A stretch of DNA of 64,000 bases from an uncultured Elusimicrobia bacterium (lineage in GTDB: Bacteria > Elusimicrobiota > Elusimicrobia > 2-01-FULL-59-12): the NCBI GenBank assembly GCA_963702895.1, contig OY969767.1:960001-1024000 (forward strand), given 5' to 3'. Positions 26,820 to 36,350 of this stretch are shown in pieces. Under the pieces are notes generated by a model that was given only the letters and a program-made list of their open reading frames with translations, was not told where the DNA came from and searched no databases. The position numbers and the translations under genes are program-made. How positions within the stretch are numbered: the first letter of the stretch is position 1; every line of letters starts with the position of its first letter.

Positions 26820-28326
26820 GGAGAAATTGTAAAAGAAATGTGTGAAGGGCGCGATAGGGAACCATTTCCATTTTGGTTTCGAAGTGACGACGCAGAAATC
26901 GAAAAGGCTGGACCATGATCTTGAAGGGATGAAAGATCAATTTGTTCGTGAAAAAACACTGATAGAAGCGCTGGCGCCAGCGGTTGAGCGTCGCATAATC
27001 CGTCCGCCAGGACGGCGAAAAGGTGAGCTGAGACAAGTCACGATACCCCTGGAATTGCGCGAAGATCGCGGAGCCGGGAATCGGTGTGATGATAAAAACA
27101 GCAATTTCGTCCACGCCGAGGCGTGACAGGTCCCGCACAAGCGCCAGGCTCGCGTGGCGATCCGCCTCCTCTTCGCCTGGGTAGCCGAGAACAAAACAAG
27201 CTTGAGAGCGGATGGCCAGCTGGTTCATACGGCGTATCAGGTTCCGGGCGTGGCCCAGGTTAAAGGGTTTGCCGATGAGCTGCATCACGCGCTCCGAGCC
27301 GCTTTCCGGGGAGATGGAAATGTACCGACACCCGGCTTTGGCCATGATCTCCAGGGTGGATTCATCCTTGATGGACTCCACTTTTGTTCCGGCACAGATT
27401 TTCCAGAAGACGGGTAATCGTCGTTTGAGGAGTTCTTTGCAGAAAGCTCTTGTGCGGGCATCATCTATGGTGGGGTCGACATCTTCGATATGGAATTCCT
27501 GGACCCCGAGCTGCTCAGAAAAATACTGCATCTCGTTGACGACCTCTTCCGCACGGCGGGCGCGCCATTTGCGGTCGTTCGTTTCAGGGATCATACAGAA
27601 CCGGCAGGGATAGGGGCATCCGCGGGAGGTCAAGAGCGGTAAGTACCGTTTCGCACTCAAGGGCCCATGGGCATAGCGCAGCGCCCAATAGTTTTGAAGT
27701 GGAAACAAGTCCCAAGCCGGGTAGGGCAGCGTGTCGAGATCCGCGATGACGCCTTCCGGAGCGGCATAGTGAAGCGCCTGATCGCGGCGAAATCCGATGC
27801 CGTCTATCTGCGAAATCGTTGAGAGGGGAGCCTTCGATAAGAGGGCCTTCAGAAGGTCGACTCCACGCCGCTCAGATTCCCCTGTCAGGATGTAATCGGC
27901 TCCTTGATCATGCATTTCTTGTTGAACTCGCCGTAACGAATAGGCGGTCACCGCCTGGGTGTTTTCCATCACGATGACCGGTGTGCTGGTGTGGTCCTTC
28001 TTCAGGGTCTGCAGGATTTGAACGAGTGATGCATGGTTGGCCACCTGACCAGCATAGAGCACAATCGCCTCTGTGCCGGAAGGGATGCGCTGGCTAACGT
28101 CTTGAGCCGATAGACCTCGGAAAAGGAGATCGTCTTGTCTGCGACATCGATTAGGAGCCAGGCCAAAAGAATCAATGACATGGACGGTAGCCCCTTCCTT
28201 GCGCAGTATGCCGCCGAAATAAGCCAGGCTGATCGGCATATAGACAATCCCGGTGGTGAACATATCGTGTCTCTGAACAACAAGATTGGGATTCACCAGG
28301 GCAACGGTAGAGCCGGACAGGGTCAT
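26809..28326 (-). CDS. B12-binding domain radical SAM protein
   Basis: ALVNPN, MPISLAY, TGESE, TSRGCPYPCRFC, PESGS, FVLGYPGE; ATG 28326 overlaps the upstream remnant stop (ATGA). Confidence 0.88.
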   Translation of the reverse strand: MTLSGSTVALVNPNLVVQRHDMFTTGIVYMPISLAYFGGILRKEGATVHVIDSFGLAPNRCRRQDDLLFRGLSAQDVSQRIPSGTEAIVLYAGQVANHASLVQILQTLKKDHTSTPVIVMENTQAVTAYSLRRVQQEMHDQGADYILTGESERRGVDLLKALLSKAPLSTISQIDGIGFRRDQALHYAAPEGVIADLDTLPYPAWDLFPLQNYWALRYAHGPLSAKRYLPLLTSRGCPYPCRFCMIPETNDRKWRARRAEEVVNEMQYFSEQLGVQEFHIEDVDPTIDDARTRAFCKELLKRRLPVFWKICAGTKVESIKDESTLEIMAKAGCRYISISPESGSERVMQLIGKPFNLGHARNLIRRMNQLAIRSQACFVLGYPGEEEADRHASLALVRDLSRLGVDEIAVFIITPIPGSAIFAQFQGYRDLSQLTFSPSWRTDYATLNRWRQRFYQCFFTNKLIFHPFKIMVQPFRFLRRHFETKMEMVPYRALHTFLLQFLHGH

Positions 28327-28598
28327 ACCCACCGACGGAGCGCGATTGCGCCACTCACCAGAAACGGCATCGCTGGAATTCGGGAACGGCAATTTCCGGA
28401 ACGGAAGCTGGTCACTGCGATGAAGCAACAGGAACCCATCAAGAAGAGAAATGCTCCAGGACGGCAGCCCGTGGACCTGAGGGTGAAAATGCCCCTGGTG
28501 CAGGCAAGATCAAGCAGGACAAGAAATGCGAGATACATCATGTATACGGGGATCAGCCAAGGAATGTGGCGAAGCATCATCAGCAGTCCCTGCCCCAT
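28323..28598 (-). pseudogene. C-terminal remnant of a GT-C-like membrane protein
   Basis: GQGLLMMLRHIPWLIPVYMMYLAFL...RSRIPAMPFLVSGA aligns by eye with the 53472-54773 C-terminus (GQGTLNLLRRRPLAIVPF...RYRLPMMPFLVAGA). Confidence 0.65.
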
Positions 28599-29023
28599 CG
28601 ATTACGAGTATTCCTGCGCACGTGAGGCCAGCGTCACAGCTTCAAGAGGGCACAGAGCCGGTGCACATGCCGAATCGCCAAATAGTTGTTCGAGAAGAAA
28701 ACACGACCAAAGCCGTCATGTGAAGGGGCGCTCATCTCATCTGCTGGCAGAAAACATGTCATGAATGCAGGTATTATACTCGATGAGGTTGCAAGTGCTC
28801 TTAAGAGAGCCGAAGCAGAAATCTTTGGGGGGTGGAGAGGTGCTCTTTCTCTGAGGAGGCAGCTGCTCGTCCCGTCGGCGAAGTCCATCTCCAGGTCATC
28901 GCTTCGTTACTCTTCGATCCCCAGGCGCTCCTGCATAACTTTCTCTTTGCTCCTTCTGCTGCCCCGAATCTGGGTTTCGAGATCCGGCAGGAATTTATCA
29001 TTCGGCCCACGAGGGGCTTGGGA

Positions 29024-29962
29024 TTATTTGAAAAGACCCTTCAAGGCGTTGTCGACATCGTGTGATCCGTTGACGTGATTCTTGAAAAGGTTTGTGAGGT
29101 TGGCCTGGAAGGCCCTTTTCTTAAGCGAAGAAAGATCCACCTTGGGCTTTGCCGTGGTGCCGGTGATCGTGAGCGAAGCGTCGAGTTTGCCACGGTTTCG
29201 TGCCGCAGGCGCATGAAGCTCAGCCTCCAAATGAAGTTTGCCGCTTGCGATTTCCATGGTGCCATGGGTTTTCACGTTCAAAGGAGCGCTACGAATCTGA
29301 AAGTTGCGAATCGTCATGGTGCCCTTGTCGAAACGGTAGTCGCCTTCGATGCTGTCGAGGGGCCAATAGCGTAAGTCGGGTAGCCCCAGTTGCACAAAGC
29401 CAGCCCGTTCTAAATTCATGAGGGCAAGGACGGGGGCTAGTGCCGCCCGTGAAGAAGGAGACTTCGTCATGAGTTGATCGATATTCTGGAGGGATCCTTT
29501 TCCCTGGCGGAGTTTAGCCCACCCGGATAAAGAGCTGCCTGTTTGGGTGATATCCGAAAGTGACCAAGCAACGGAAAAGTCTTGTGCTGCATAATGGGGA
29601 TGGCGAAAGTTGTGAATGAGGAAACGGCCGCTTGTTTGTGTAAGTTGCCCCTCCCGCAAGCTCAGCCCCTGCCATAAGGAACGCAGGCTCCAGCCGACAT
29701 GAATCCCTTTTGCATCCACAAGTGTGCCCTTCTTAAAGTGTGGAATTTCTGAGACCTTGAGTGATTCCAGCGAAAGCCCCCTCCACCCTAAACGTACGGG
29801 TCCTATCACGAGTTGGCGGTGTATCCGCTCGCCGAGGGCATCCGCCGCATAATCACGAAATCTCTGTTGAGGAAAAAAGGTCAGAAAGGCCCAAAGAATA
29901 ACGAAGAGAGCGACCAGGGGCATAACCACGAGATGTACAAGATATCGCACGAGGATTTTCAT
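29024..29962 (-). CDS. AsmA-like protein (N-terminal membrane anchor, AsmA-like C-terminal region)
   Basis: N-terminal TM, beta-rich body, C-terminal LTITGTTAKPKV; ATG 29962 is coupled to the GT4 stop. Confidence 0.6.
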   Translation of the reverse strand: MKILVRYLVHLVVMPLVALFVILWAFLTFFPQQRFRDYAADALGERIHRQLVIGPVRLGWRGLSLESLKVSEIPHFKKGTLVDAKGIHVGWSLRSLWQGLSLREGQLTQTSGRFLIHNFRHPHYAAQDFSVAWSLSDITQTGSSLSGWAKLRQGKGSLQNIDQLMTKSPSSRAALAPVLALMNLERAGFVQLGLPDLRYWPLDSIEGDYRFDKGTMTIRNFQIRSAPLNVKTHGTMEIASGKLHLEAELHAPAARNRGKLDASLTITGTTAKPKVDLSSLKKRAFQANLTNLFKNHVNGSHDVDNALKGLFK

Positions 29963-31182
29963 GGGGCCTTGCTGCCCCATAAGGGCTCGTAGTATTTCTT
30001 GAGTGGAACTTGGCCGTAGAGCTTGGCGTAGAGGACTTCCTGCTGCCGGACCATATGGTCGATGTCAAAGTCCTTGGTGATGAGGCCCTTCCCCTTTTTC
30101 CCCATTTGCCTTGCTTTTTCAGGATGGTCCGCAAGCCAAAGGATCTTTTCTGCAGCGAGCGCTGTGTCATGGGGAGTGATGAGATAGCCTGTTTCCCCGT
30201 CCTCGACGATGTCTTTGGTCCCATCCACGCCGTACACCACGGCGGGCAGCCCTGCCGCCATGGCTTCCACAAGGGACCGCGGAAGACCCTCCCAGAGAGA
30301 GGTCAAGAGAAAACAGTTTGAGGCTGCGAAAATGTCTTGCACATCCTCACGCCTCTGGCACCAACCGAGAAAGTGAACATGGTCCTGGAGGCCTTGTTCC
30401 TTGCACTCCTTTTCGACGCTAGCTTTGAGTTCGCCGTCTCCCGCAAAGAGAAAGTGGACTTGAGGGTTGATCGTGAGCACTTGGGATGCGACCGCGACCA
30501 AGTCCATCGGGTTCTTCTGCGGCTTAAAATTGCCGACATAGACCACACGCCAAGCGTCGTGAGGAAGACTCTGAAGGAGTTTATGGATCTTATTGCTCGC
30601 ACGCTTTTCGCTGGTCGTGAGAGGCTTGTGTTGGGGACTTTGCAAGGGAATGCCGCTGCGGACGAGACTTTTAGGCACGTTCTTTCCGATCTTCAAGTGA
30701 TGAGCTTCTTTTCGATTTTCTTCCGAAACAAAAACCAAGTGGGCGCAAAGGGGCGCGCAGAGCTTTTCGATCGCGATAAAGAGCCATCGCGTCCAGGGCT
30801 TCTGACGGCGGTTGAATCCGAACCCGTGGAACGTGTGGAGGATCACAGGCACGCCTGCCAGATACGCCGCAACGCGGCCCAAGATGCCCGCTTTCGAGGA
30901 GTGGGTATGAACGACATGGGGCCTGAGCTCTCGTAACTTTGTGTAGAGTTGATAAAAGGCGGCCAGGTCCAGCCAGGGACGAAGCGGGCGAACAAGACCT
31001 GGAATATAATGCGTGGGCCAGGAGGCATGCTGGGTCTCGGGGTCCAAGATGCCCCCTCGTCCGCAGAGCAGAAAGGCGTCGAAATGTTCCGGGTCCAGGT
31101 GCCCCACGGTATAGAGGGTATTTCTCTGGGCCCCTCCCAGTTCAAGTTGTGTGATGATGTGGGCGACGCGAAGTCTCATCAT
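29959..31182 (-). CDS. GT4 glycosyltransferase
   Basis: HIITQLELGGAQ, HTHSSKAG, SLWEGLPRSLVEAMAAG. Confidence 0.9.
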   Translation of the reverse strand: MMRLRVAHIITQLELGGAQRNTLYTVGHLDPEHFDAFLLCGRGGILDPETQHASWPTHYIPGLVRPLRPWLDLAAFYQLYTKLRELRPHVVHTHSSKAGILGRVAAYLAGVPVILHTFHGFGFNRRQKPWTRWLFIAIEKLCAPLCAHLVFVSEENRKEAHHLKIGKNVPKSLVRSGIPLQSPQHKPLTTSEKRASNKIHKLLQSLPHDAWRVVYVGNFKPQKNPMDLVAVASQVLTINPQVHFLFAGDGELKASVEKECKEQGLQDHVHFLGWCQRREDVQDIFAASNCFLLTSLWEGLPRSLVEAMAAGLPAVVYGVDGTKDIVEDGETGYLITPHDTALAAEKILWLADHPEKARQMGKKGKGLITKDFDIDHMVRQQEVLYAKLYGQVPLKKYYEPLWGSKAP

Positions 31183-31186
31183 GATC

Positions 31187-31329
31187 CGTCCGAGGCGACA
31201 CACGACAGCCGCCCGCCCGCGGTCAGGCGGGTCCGACTTCCGAGGTCCCGACCGGTCGACTTTGAGGACCGCTCAGGGGAGTCCCTTTGGGAGAAACGCG
31301 TCGGGACGTCGGACGTCGCACGTCGGGCG
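31187..31329. repeat. intergenic heptamer inverted-repeat element, homologous to the mqnD 5' element
   Basis: Inverted arms ccgacttccgaggtcccgac and gtcgggacgtcggacgtcgcacgtcgg; the first 48 nt are 40/48 identical to 15657-15704. Confidence 0.8.
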
Positions 31330-32631
31330 TTAGTGTCCAAGAACTTTCTCCGCCACGGCCTTCCCTTCGAGGATCGCTTCCTCCATATAGGAATATTTCC
31401 AGCCGCCAAATCTCCCGATCGAATAGACTTGCTCCGATTCCAGCCAGCCCAGGATGTTTTGGACGAGCGGCGTCCGGTGCTGGTCATAAGTGATATAGGC
31501 GACAGGAATATGAAGAATGTTCCGTGTGACAATCTCCTTCTCATGGCGTAAGAGACCGCACTCCAGGAGGCCCCGGATGGCATCTTTCATCGCTTTTTTC
31601 TCATCAAAGTCTTCTTCGGGTTGATACGCGATCTCCACATACATGGAACTGCAACCGGGCGGCGTCATTCGGGGCGAGAAGTTCATCGGGAAACCCACCC
31701 GATAAAAGCGATATTTCTTTTCCGGAAAATAAATCCAGTGTTTATCCGAGATGCCGAGACGTTTCACGCCGAGATTGAGATCATACACGGAACTCCAGCG
31801 CATCTTTTTTCGATTTTCTAAGAGCTCCCCCGGAAAGTCCTCAAGCATGTCCAGAAAATGCTGAAGCGGCGCGGTATTCACAAGATGGGTGAACGTGATG
31901 GTTTCGCCCGTGGAGAGCGTCGCTTCCTTACGTTTCAGGCTGATACGCTCGATTAGGGTCTTGAGCCTGATACGGCGAAGATCTTTCGCCAAAGCAAAAG
32001 CCAGGGCCTGAATTCCCCCTTCTTTCGGATAATAAAATGTGGCGTTGTACCCATACTTCTTGGTCTGATCCGAGAAAGCTCCCGTGATCGCTTCTTCGAC
32101 AGAAGGTTTCGGAACAAAAGGGGCAACCCACTCTGCGGTCAGCGTATTGGGAGAGACCGTCCACAATTTCTCGTTGTAGGGAAAGAAAAAGTGTTTGGCG
32201 AAACCCTCACCAAAAGTTCGCAAAACCCAATGCTGAAATGATTCCGGCTCCAGGCTCGGAGCGGAGGCCGGAGCAAGCTGGGCGTTGATGAGACCGCTCA
32301 AACAGTCTTTGAGGATGGGTTTCGGAAGCCCGTAGAGATTGGCCTGATAAGGGTAGCGCGTGTAGGTGTGGTGAGAATAGATCCATGCCCGGCGCTCATG
32401 CTGGACGAGATTGTCACCCAAGAGCTTGGGGATGAGTTGCAGCGTGTAGGGATGGCGCAGGTGCAAGAGATGACCCGTGTGGTCAAAGACGAACCCATCT
32501 TGCCGGACTGATCGCGAAAGCCCACCGGGCTCGTCTGATTTCTCGATGAGGAGATAGTCGTCTTGGAGGTGATAAGCGCAGGAAAGACCGGACATCCCTC
32601 CGCCGAGGATCAGCGTGCGCACATGGGTCAT
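31330..32631 (-). CDS. FAD-dependent oxidoreductase (UDP-galactopyranose mutase/protoporphyrinogen oxidase-like fold)
   Basis: GGGMSGL, GGLSRS..DGFVFDHTGH, YNEKLW, FYYPKEGG, GRFGGWKY; lies in the glycan operon. Confidence 0.78.
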   Translation of the reverse strand: MTHVRTLILGGGMSGLSCAYHLQDDYLLIEKSDEPGGLSRSVRQDGFVFDHTGHLLHLRHPYTLQLIPKLLGDNLVQHERRAWIYSHHTYTRYPYQANLYGLPKPILKDCLSGLINAQLAPASAPSLEPESFQHWVLRTFGEGFAKHFFFPYNEKLWTVSPNTLTAEWVAPFVPKPSVEEAITGAFSDQTKKYGYNATFYYPKEGGIQALAFALAKDLRRIRLKTLIERISLKRKEATLSTGETITFTHLVNTAPLQHFLDMLEDFPGELLENRKKMRWSSVYDLNLGVKRLGISDKHWIYFPEKKYRFYRVGFPMNFSPRMTPPGCSSMYVEIAYQPEEDFDEKKAMKDAIRGLLECGLLRHEKEIVTRNILHIPVAYITYDQHRTPLVQNILGWLESEQVYSIGRFGGWKYSYMEEAILEGKAVAEKVLGH

Positions 32632-33656
32632 TCGATATTAATTCGGGCCAGCCAGCCGCCCAGCGCAACGGCGATCGACAGAGCGATGGCATAGATGAGC
32701 AAGGCGTAGTCAAACACGACGACCGTCACTTGATAAGCGGCAAAGGTGAGCAGGAGGCAGGCTGCGTAAGAGAGGATCAAGATCTCCTCACGATAAAAGC
32801 CGAAGCGCTCCAAACGTAAGGCGAAATGATCATGACTCCCCAGAAAGGGTGACATTCCCTTTTGGAGGCGTAGGACCGTCACGAGAATCGTGTCATAGAG
32901 AGGGACACCCAGGATGAGAAGGGGCGCAAAGACACCCGCGTTGTTGACGTGCGTATAGGACGTCCCCAGGGAAAGGGCCGCCAGAATAAACCCGACAAAC
33001 AAACTTCCCGTATCGCCCAAGAATATCTTTTTTGCATTCGAGAAGTTGTAGGGCATGAAACCAAGAAGCGCGCCGGCCAGTGCGACAGACGCGAAATTCA
33101 CGTGCACCTGTTCGGAGGGGAGCGATATGAAAAAGAAACCGAGGCTGGCGATCACCGCGATGCCGCTCGCCAGGCCGTCCATAATGTCGATGATATTGAC
33201 CGCGTTAATGATGCCGACGATCCAGATGACCGTCAGCAGGCTGCCGAGCCAGAGAGGTTTGATGAAGTAGATGCGAATATCAAAGGCCAGCAGGCAAAGG
33301 GCCGCCGCGATCTGGATCAAGAACTTGAATCGGTAGCTTAACCCCTTGAGCTTGATGTCATCGATGAGCCCGAGCAGGAGGATCAAAAACACTCCCAAGA
33401 CGAGGCCGCGGAGCGAGCGCAAGGTGCCCGTCGGGAAATTGGTGTAAGCGCGCACGTAGAGAAGGCCCGCCGCCATGCCCAGGGCCACGGCAAGTCCGCC
33501 CAGATACGGGACAGGGTGTTTGTGGGTTTTAACGTTCGTATGCGGGTGGTCGAGAATCCCCAAGAGCAGCGCGACCTTGCGGCACAGGGGTGTTGTGAGA
33601 AGCGCCGTCGTCGTGGCGAGAACAAAGCAAATCAGATAAAGCCGCTCGGTGCTCAT
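32628..33656 (-). CDS. wecA: MraY/WecA-family polyprenyl-phosphate HexNAc-1-phosphate transferase
   Basis: PYLGGLA, GLIDD, NAVNIIDIMDGLA, YNF..AKKIFLGDTGS; ATG 33656 is coupled to the upstream stop. Confidence 0.8.
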   Translation of the reverse strand: MSTERLYLICFVLATTTALLTTPLCRKVALLLGILDHPHTNVKTHKHPVPYLGGLAVALGMAAGLLYVRAYTNFPTGTLRSLRGLVLGVFLILLLGLIDDIKLKGLSYRFKFLIQIAAALCLLAFDIRIYFIKPLWLGSLLTVIWIVGIINAVNIIDIMDGLASGIAVIASLGFFFISLPSEQVHVNFASVALAGALLGFMPYNFSNAKKIFLGDTGSLFVGFILAALSLGTSYTHVNNAGVFAPLLILGVPLYDTILVTVLRLQKGMSPFLGSHDHFALRLERFGFYREEILILSYAACLLLTFAAYQVTVVVFDYALLIYAIALSIAVALGGWLARINIE

Positions 33657-35620
33657 CGAAGCGCCAGGACCTCGCAGTTCTTGTCCCGGTACAGAGAGAC
33701 GGCCTTTGTTTCCAAGAGAGACTCCCAGTTGTCTTGTCCTTTGGGAGTCCATGGGAAGTTGTGAAGGATCTCATTTAAACGGCGCAATTCGAGATGGTTG
33801 ATGAGCAGATGGGTAATGCCACGCGCACGCAGACGTGCCATGAGATCGGCCGCCGTGTCGGACTCATTGGCCCATGCCGTCAGCGGGTTGGCGTTGAAAG
33901 CAGGCGTTACCAAGACGGGCTTATTGTAGTAATAAGAACACTGATCCCCTACCACATAAGTCAGCGTATTTCCGGGGAGTGTATCCAAGAACCGGGCTGC
34001 CGGATAATACTTCAGTTTTCTCGCGAGGTAGTTTTCCCGTGTTTCAAAGCCAAGAGGAACACGAAAAAGGGAGAGGCTATCCGCGATTTCAAAGAATAAG
34101 GTCATGTTGGACAAAAGAAGAAGGCCCAAAAGCCATCGACCAACCTGATGAAGCGGGTCTCGCCGCTCTTTGAGCTGGACCAAGCCGTAGGCAGCGGCGA
34201 ATGCTAGAAAAGGGGCGATCGGCAAGAGAAACCGAAGCACTGGCTTGGACAGTCCCCATGCTGTGAAAAAGAGCGAGGCGTAGAGAAGCGAGTGTCGCAA
34301 GACTTGCGGGAGAGGTCTTGCGAGCCACAGCACGGGGAGCAGAACAAATAAGTAGGACCAACCAAAATCTCCGATCACATCCATGCCTCCGCCGAAATCC
34401 ATGCCCCTCGTCGCAATGTCCCAGAGAAGCTTGAAAAGCTCATGAAAATGGCGAGGGGCATATTCTGTGATCCCATGAAAATAACCTGCCGCAGCACTCT
34501 GCACCCATGGGTTTAGACTTTTAAAACTCCATTTGTAGAAGAAAGGAAAGACCGGGTTCCCCACATAATGAAGGTTCTTGAGCATCCAAGGAGAAAATGA
34601 AAGCAGTGCGGTCCCGAGGTAGAGTGCCAGGGACTTGAGGGCCGCCGATCGACCTTGAAGCCGAGCTACCACGGCGATATACAAGGCGCCAAGGGCGACG
34701 CCAAAGCCGGCGGTGTACTTCGTCCCGAGGGAAAATCCTGCCAGCGTCCCCGCCAACACAAGAAGCGCAGCGTGCGGTTTTTCGTGCCAGAGATAGAGGG
34801 CGTAGAAACTCGCCAAAGCATAGACCGTGAGGCCGACATCCACGTACCCACCGGAGCTCAATAATAAATAGGAGGGCATGATGATGAGCAGCGCGGCTGA
34901 CCAAAGCCCCACCTCTTCACTCAAGAATCGCCTGGCGAAGGCAAAGAGCATCGAGATCCCGACCATCGCCATGACCCATCCGAGGAGATTCGCCAGGAGA
35001 TCTCCGCCCAAGAGCATCCCCAGCGTCCAGAGCATTTCCATCAATTGCGGGAAAGCAGAATAGATGAGAGAGGGCTGCCCGACCCACCGCCCGGCCTGAA
35101 GGTAAGCCTGTGGCAGGGCGTAATGGTAGACCAAGGAGTCGTAATAAATCGGGGGTGAGAAAGTCATGATCAGGCTCAAGGAAGCGCCAAGGATGAGAAG
35201 CAAGAAGGGGGCGGGAAACCGTTCATGGAGATTGGAAGGGCTCGCACACAGCGTGCGGAGTTCTTTTTTTTCCTTCCAGGAAAGACCAAGTCCTGCAAGC
35301 ACGAGGAGCGTCGTGGGTGCCTGATGCCACAGCCCAAAACACCCCAGGAGTGCCGTCGCGAAGGACAGAAGGCCAAAGCCGGTTAAAGCAGCGAAAAGAA
35401 GATACTCGAGCGAAGCATTCAGGTGGGGTTTGAGTTTTCGAAGGAGAAGGGCCCCCCATCCAATAGCGGAGAGTGTGATGACGGCGGCAAGCAAGATCAA
35501 ATGAAGCTTATGAAAGAACGCCGGCAGCGGAAATCGCAAAAAATACCCAAGACTGAAGGCCGCCCAGACGACGGCGATTAAGAAGCGCTTGATTTGGGGA
35601 CGAATTGAGGGGATCGCCAT
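33653..35620 (-). CDS. GT-C-fold multi-pass membrane glycosyltransferase
   Basis: 655 aa, many TM segments, YDSLVYH, GTKYT, GNPVFPF; paralog of 1-2051. Confidence 0.78.
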   Translation of the reverse strand: MAIPSIRPQIKRFLIAVVWAAFSLGYFLRFPLPAFFHKLHLILLAAVITLSAIGWGALLLRKLKPHLNASLEYLLFAALTGFGLLSFATALLGCFGLWHQAPTTLLVLAGLGLSWKEKKELRTLCASPSNLHERFPAPFLLLILGASLSLIMTFSPPIYYDSLVYHYALPQAYLQAGRWVGQPSLIYSAFPQLMEMLWTLGMLLGGDLLANLLGWVMAMVGISMLFAFARRFLSEEVGLWSAALLIIMPSYLLLSSGGYVDVGLTVYALASFYALYLWHEKPHAALLVLAGTLAGFSLGTKYTAGFGVALGALYIAVVARLQGRSAALKSLALYLGTALLSFSPWMLKNLHYVGNPVFPFFYKWSFKSLNPWVQSAAAGYFHGITEYAPRHFHELFKLLWDIATRGMDFGGGMDVIGDFGWSYLFVLLPVLWLARPLPQVLRHSLLYASLFFTAWGLSKPVLRFLLPIAPFLAFAAAYGLVQLKERRDPLHQVGRWLLGLLLLSNMTLFFEIADSLSLFRVPLGFETRENYLARKLKYYPAARFLDTLPGNTLTYVVGDQCSYYYNKPVLVTPAFNANPLTAWANESDTAADLMARLRARGITHLLINHLELRRLNEILHNFPWTPKGQDNWESLLETKAVSLYRDKNCEVLALR

Positions 35621-36333
35621 AAATGTGATCGGTGCAGGTAGTACCGTAAGATGCTCTTGAGGGATTCCAGCCCATAGCGGAGGCTCCGTCGGAAATTAAT
35701 GGAGGACGCTTCTTCGAAATACCGCGCTGGGGCAGGGATATCACCAAGCCGAAAACCCAAGGCGGAAGCCTGGATCAAGAACTCGCAGTCAAAGACAAAG
35801 TCATCCGAATTGAGTTCCCAGGGGATGGTTTCCAAGACGCGGCGCGTGTAGGCCCGCATGCCGGAGTGCCATTCCCCAAGGTTCTGGCGCATGAGCAAAT
35901 TCTCGATGATCGTCAAGAACCGGTTGGAGAGATATTTGTAGGCTGGCATCCCGCCTTGAAGAGCCTCCTGACGAGTTCGGATGCGATTGCCCAGGACGAC
36001 ATCACAAATATTATCCTTGAGGAGCCCTGTTAGATAAGGAACCAGACGCGCGTCGTATTGATAGTCGGGGTGAATCATGACCACGATGTCCGCTCCGGCG
36101 TCTAAGGCTGCGCGGTAACAGGTCTTTTGGTTTCCACCATAGCCGCGGTTATGGGGGTGCTCGATGACTTTGAGTCCGAGCTTCTGTGCGACAGCGACCG
36201 TCTGGTCTTTGGAGTGATCGTCCACCAGGATAATCTCATCGACGGTGCCTTTGGGGATGTCGGCAACGGTTTTGGCTACGGTCCTTTCCGCATTGTAGGC
36301 GGGCATCACAACAACAATTTTGGATTTTGACAT
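35578..36333 (-). CDS. GT2 glycosyltransferase (polyprenyl-phosphate sugar synthase type)
   Basis: VVMPAYNAE, VDDHSKD, NRGYGGNQK, HPDYQY. Confidence 0.9.
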   Translation of the reverse strand: MSKSKIVVVMPAYNAERTVAKTVADIPKGTVDEIILVDDHSKDQTVAVAQKLGLKVIEHPHNRGYGGNQKTCYRAALDAGADIVVMIHPDYQYDARLVPYLTGLLKDNICDVVLGNRIRTRQEALQGGMPAYKYLSNRFLTIIENLLMRQNLGEWHSGMRAYTRRVLETIPWELNSDDFVFDCEFLIQASALGFRLGDIPAPARYFEEASSINFRRSLRYGLESLKSILRYYLHRSHLWRSPQFVPKSSAS

Positions 36334-36350
36334 GGTGAACTAGAACGGTG

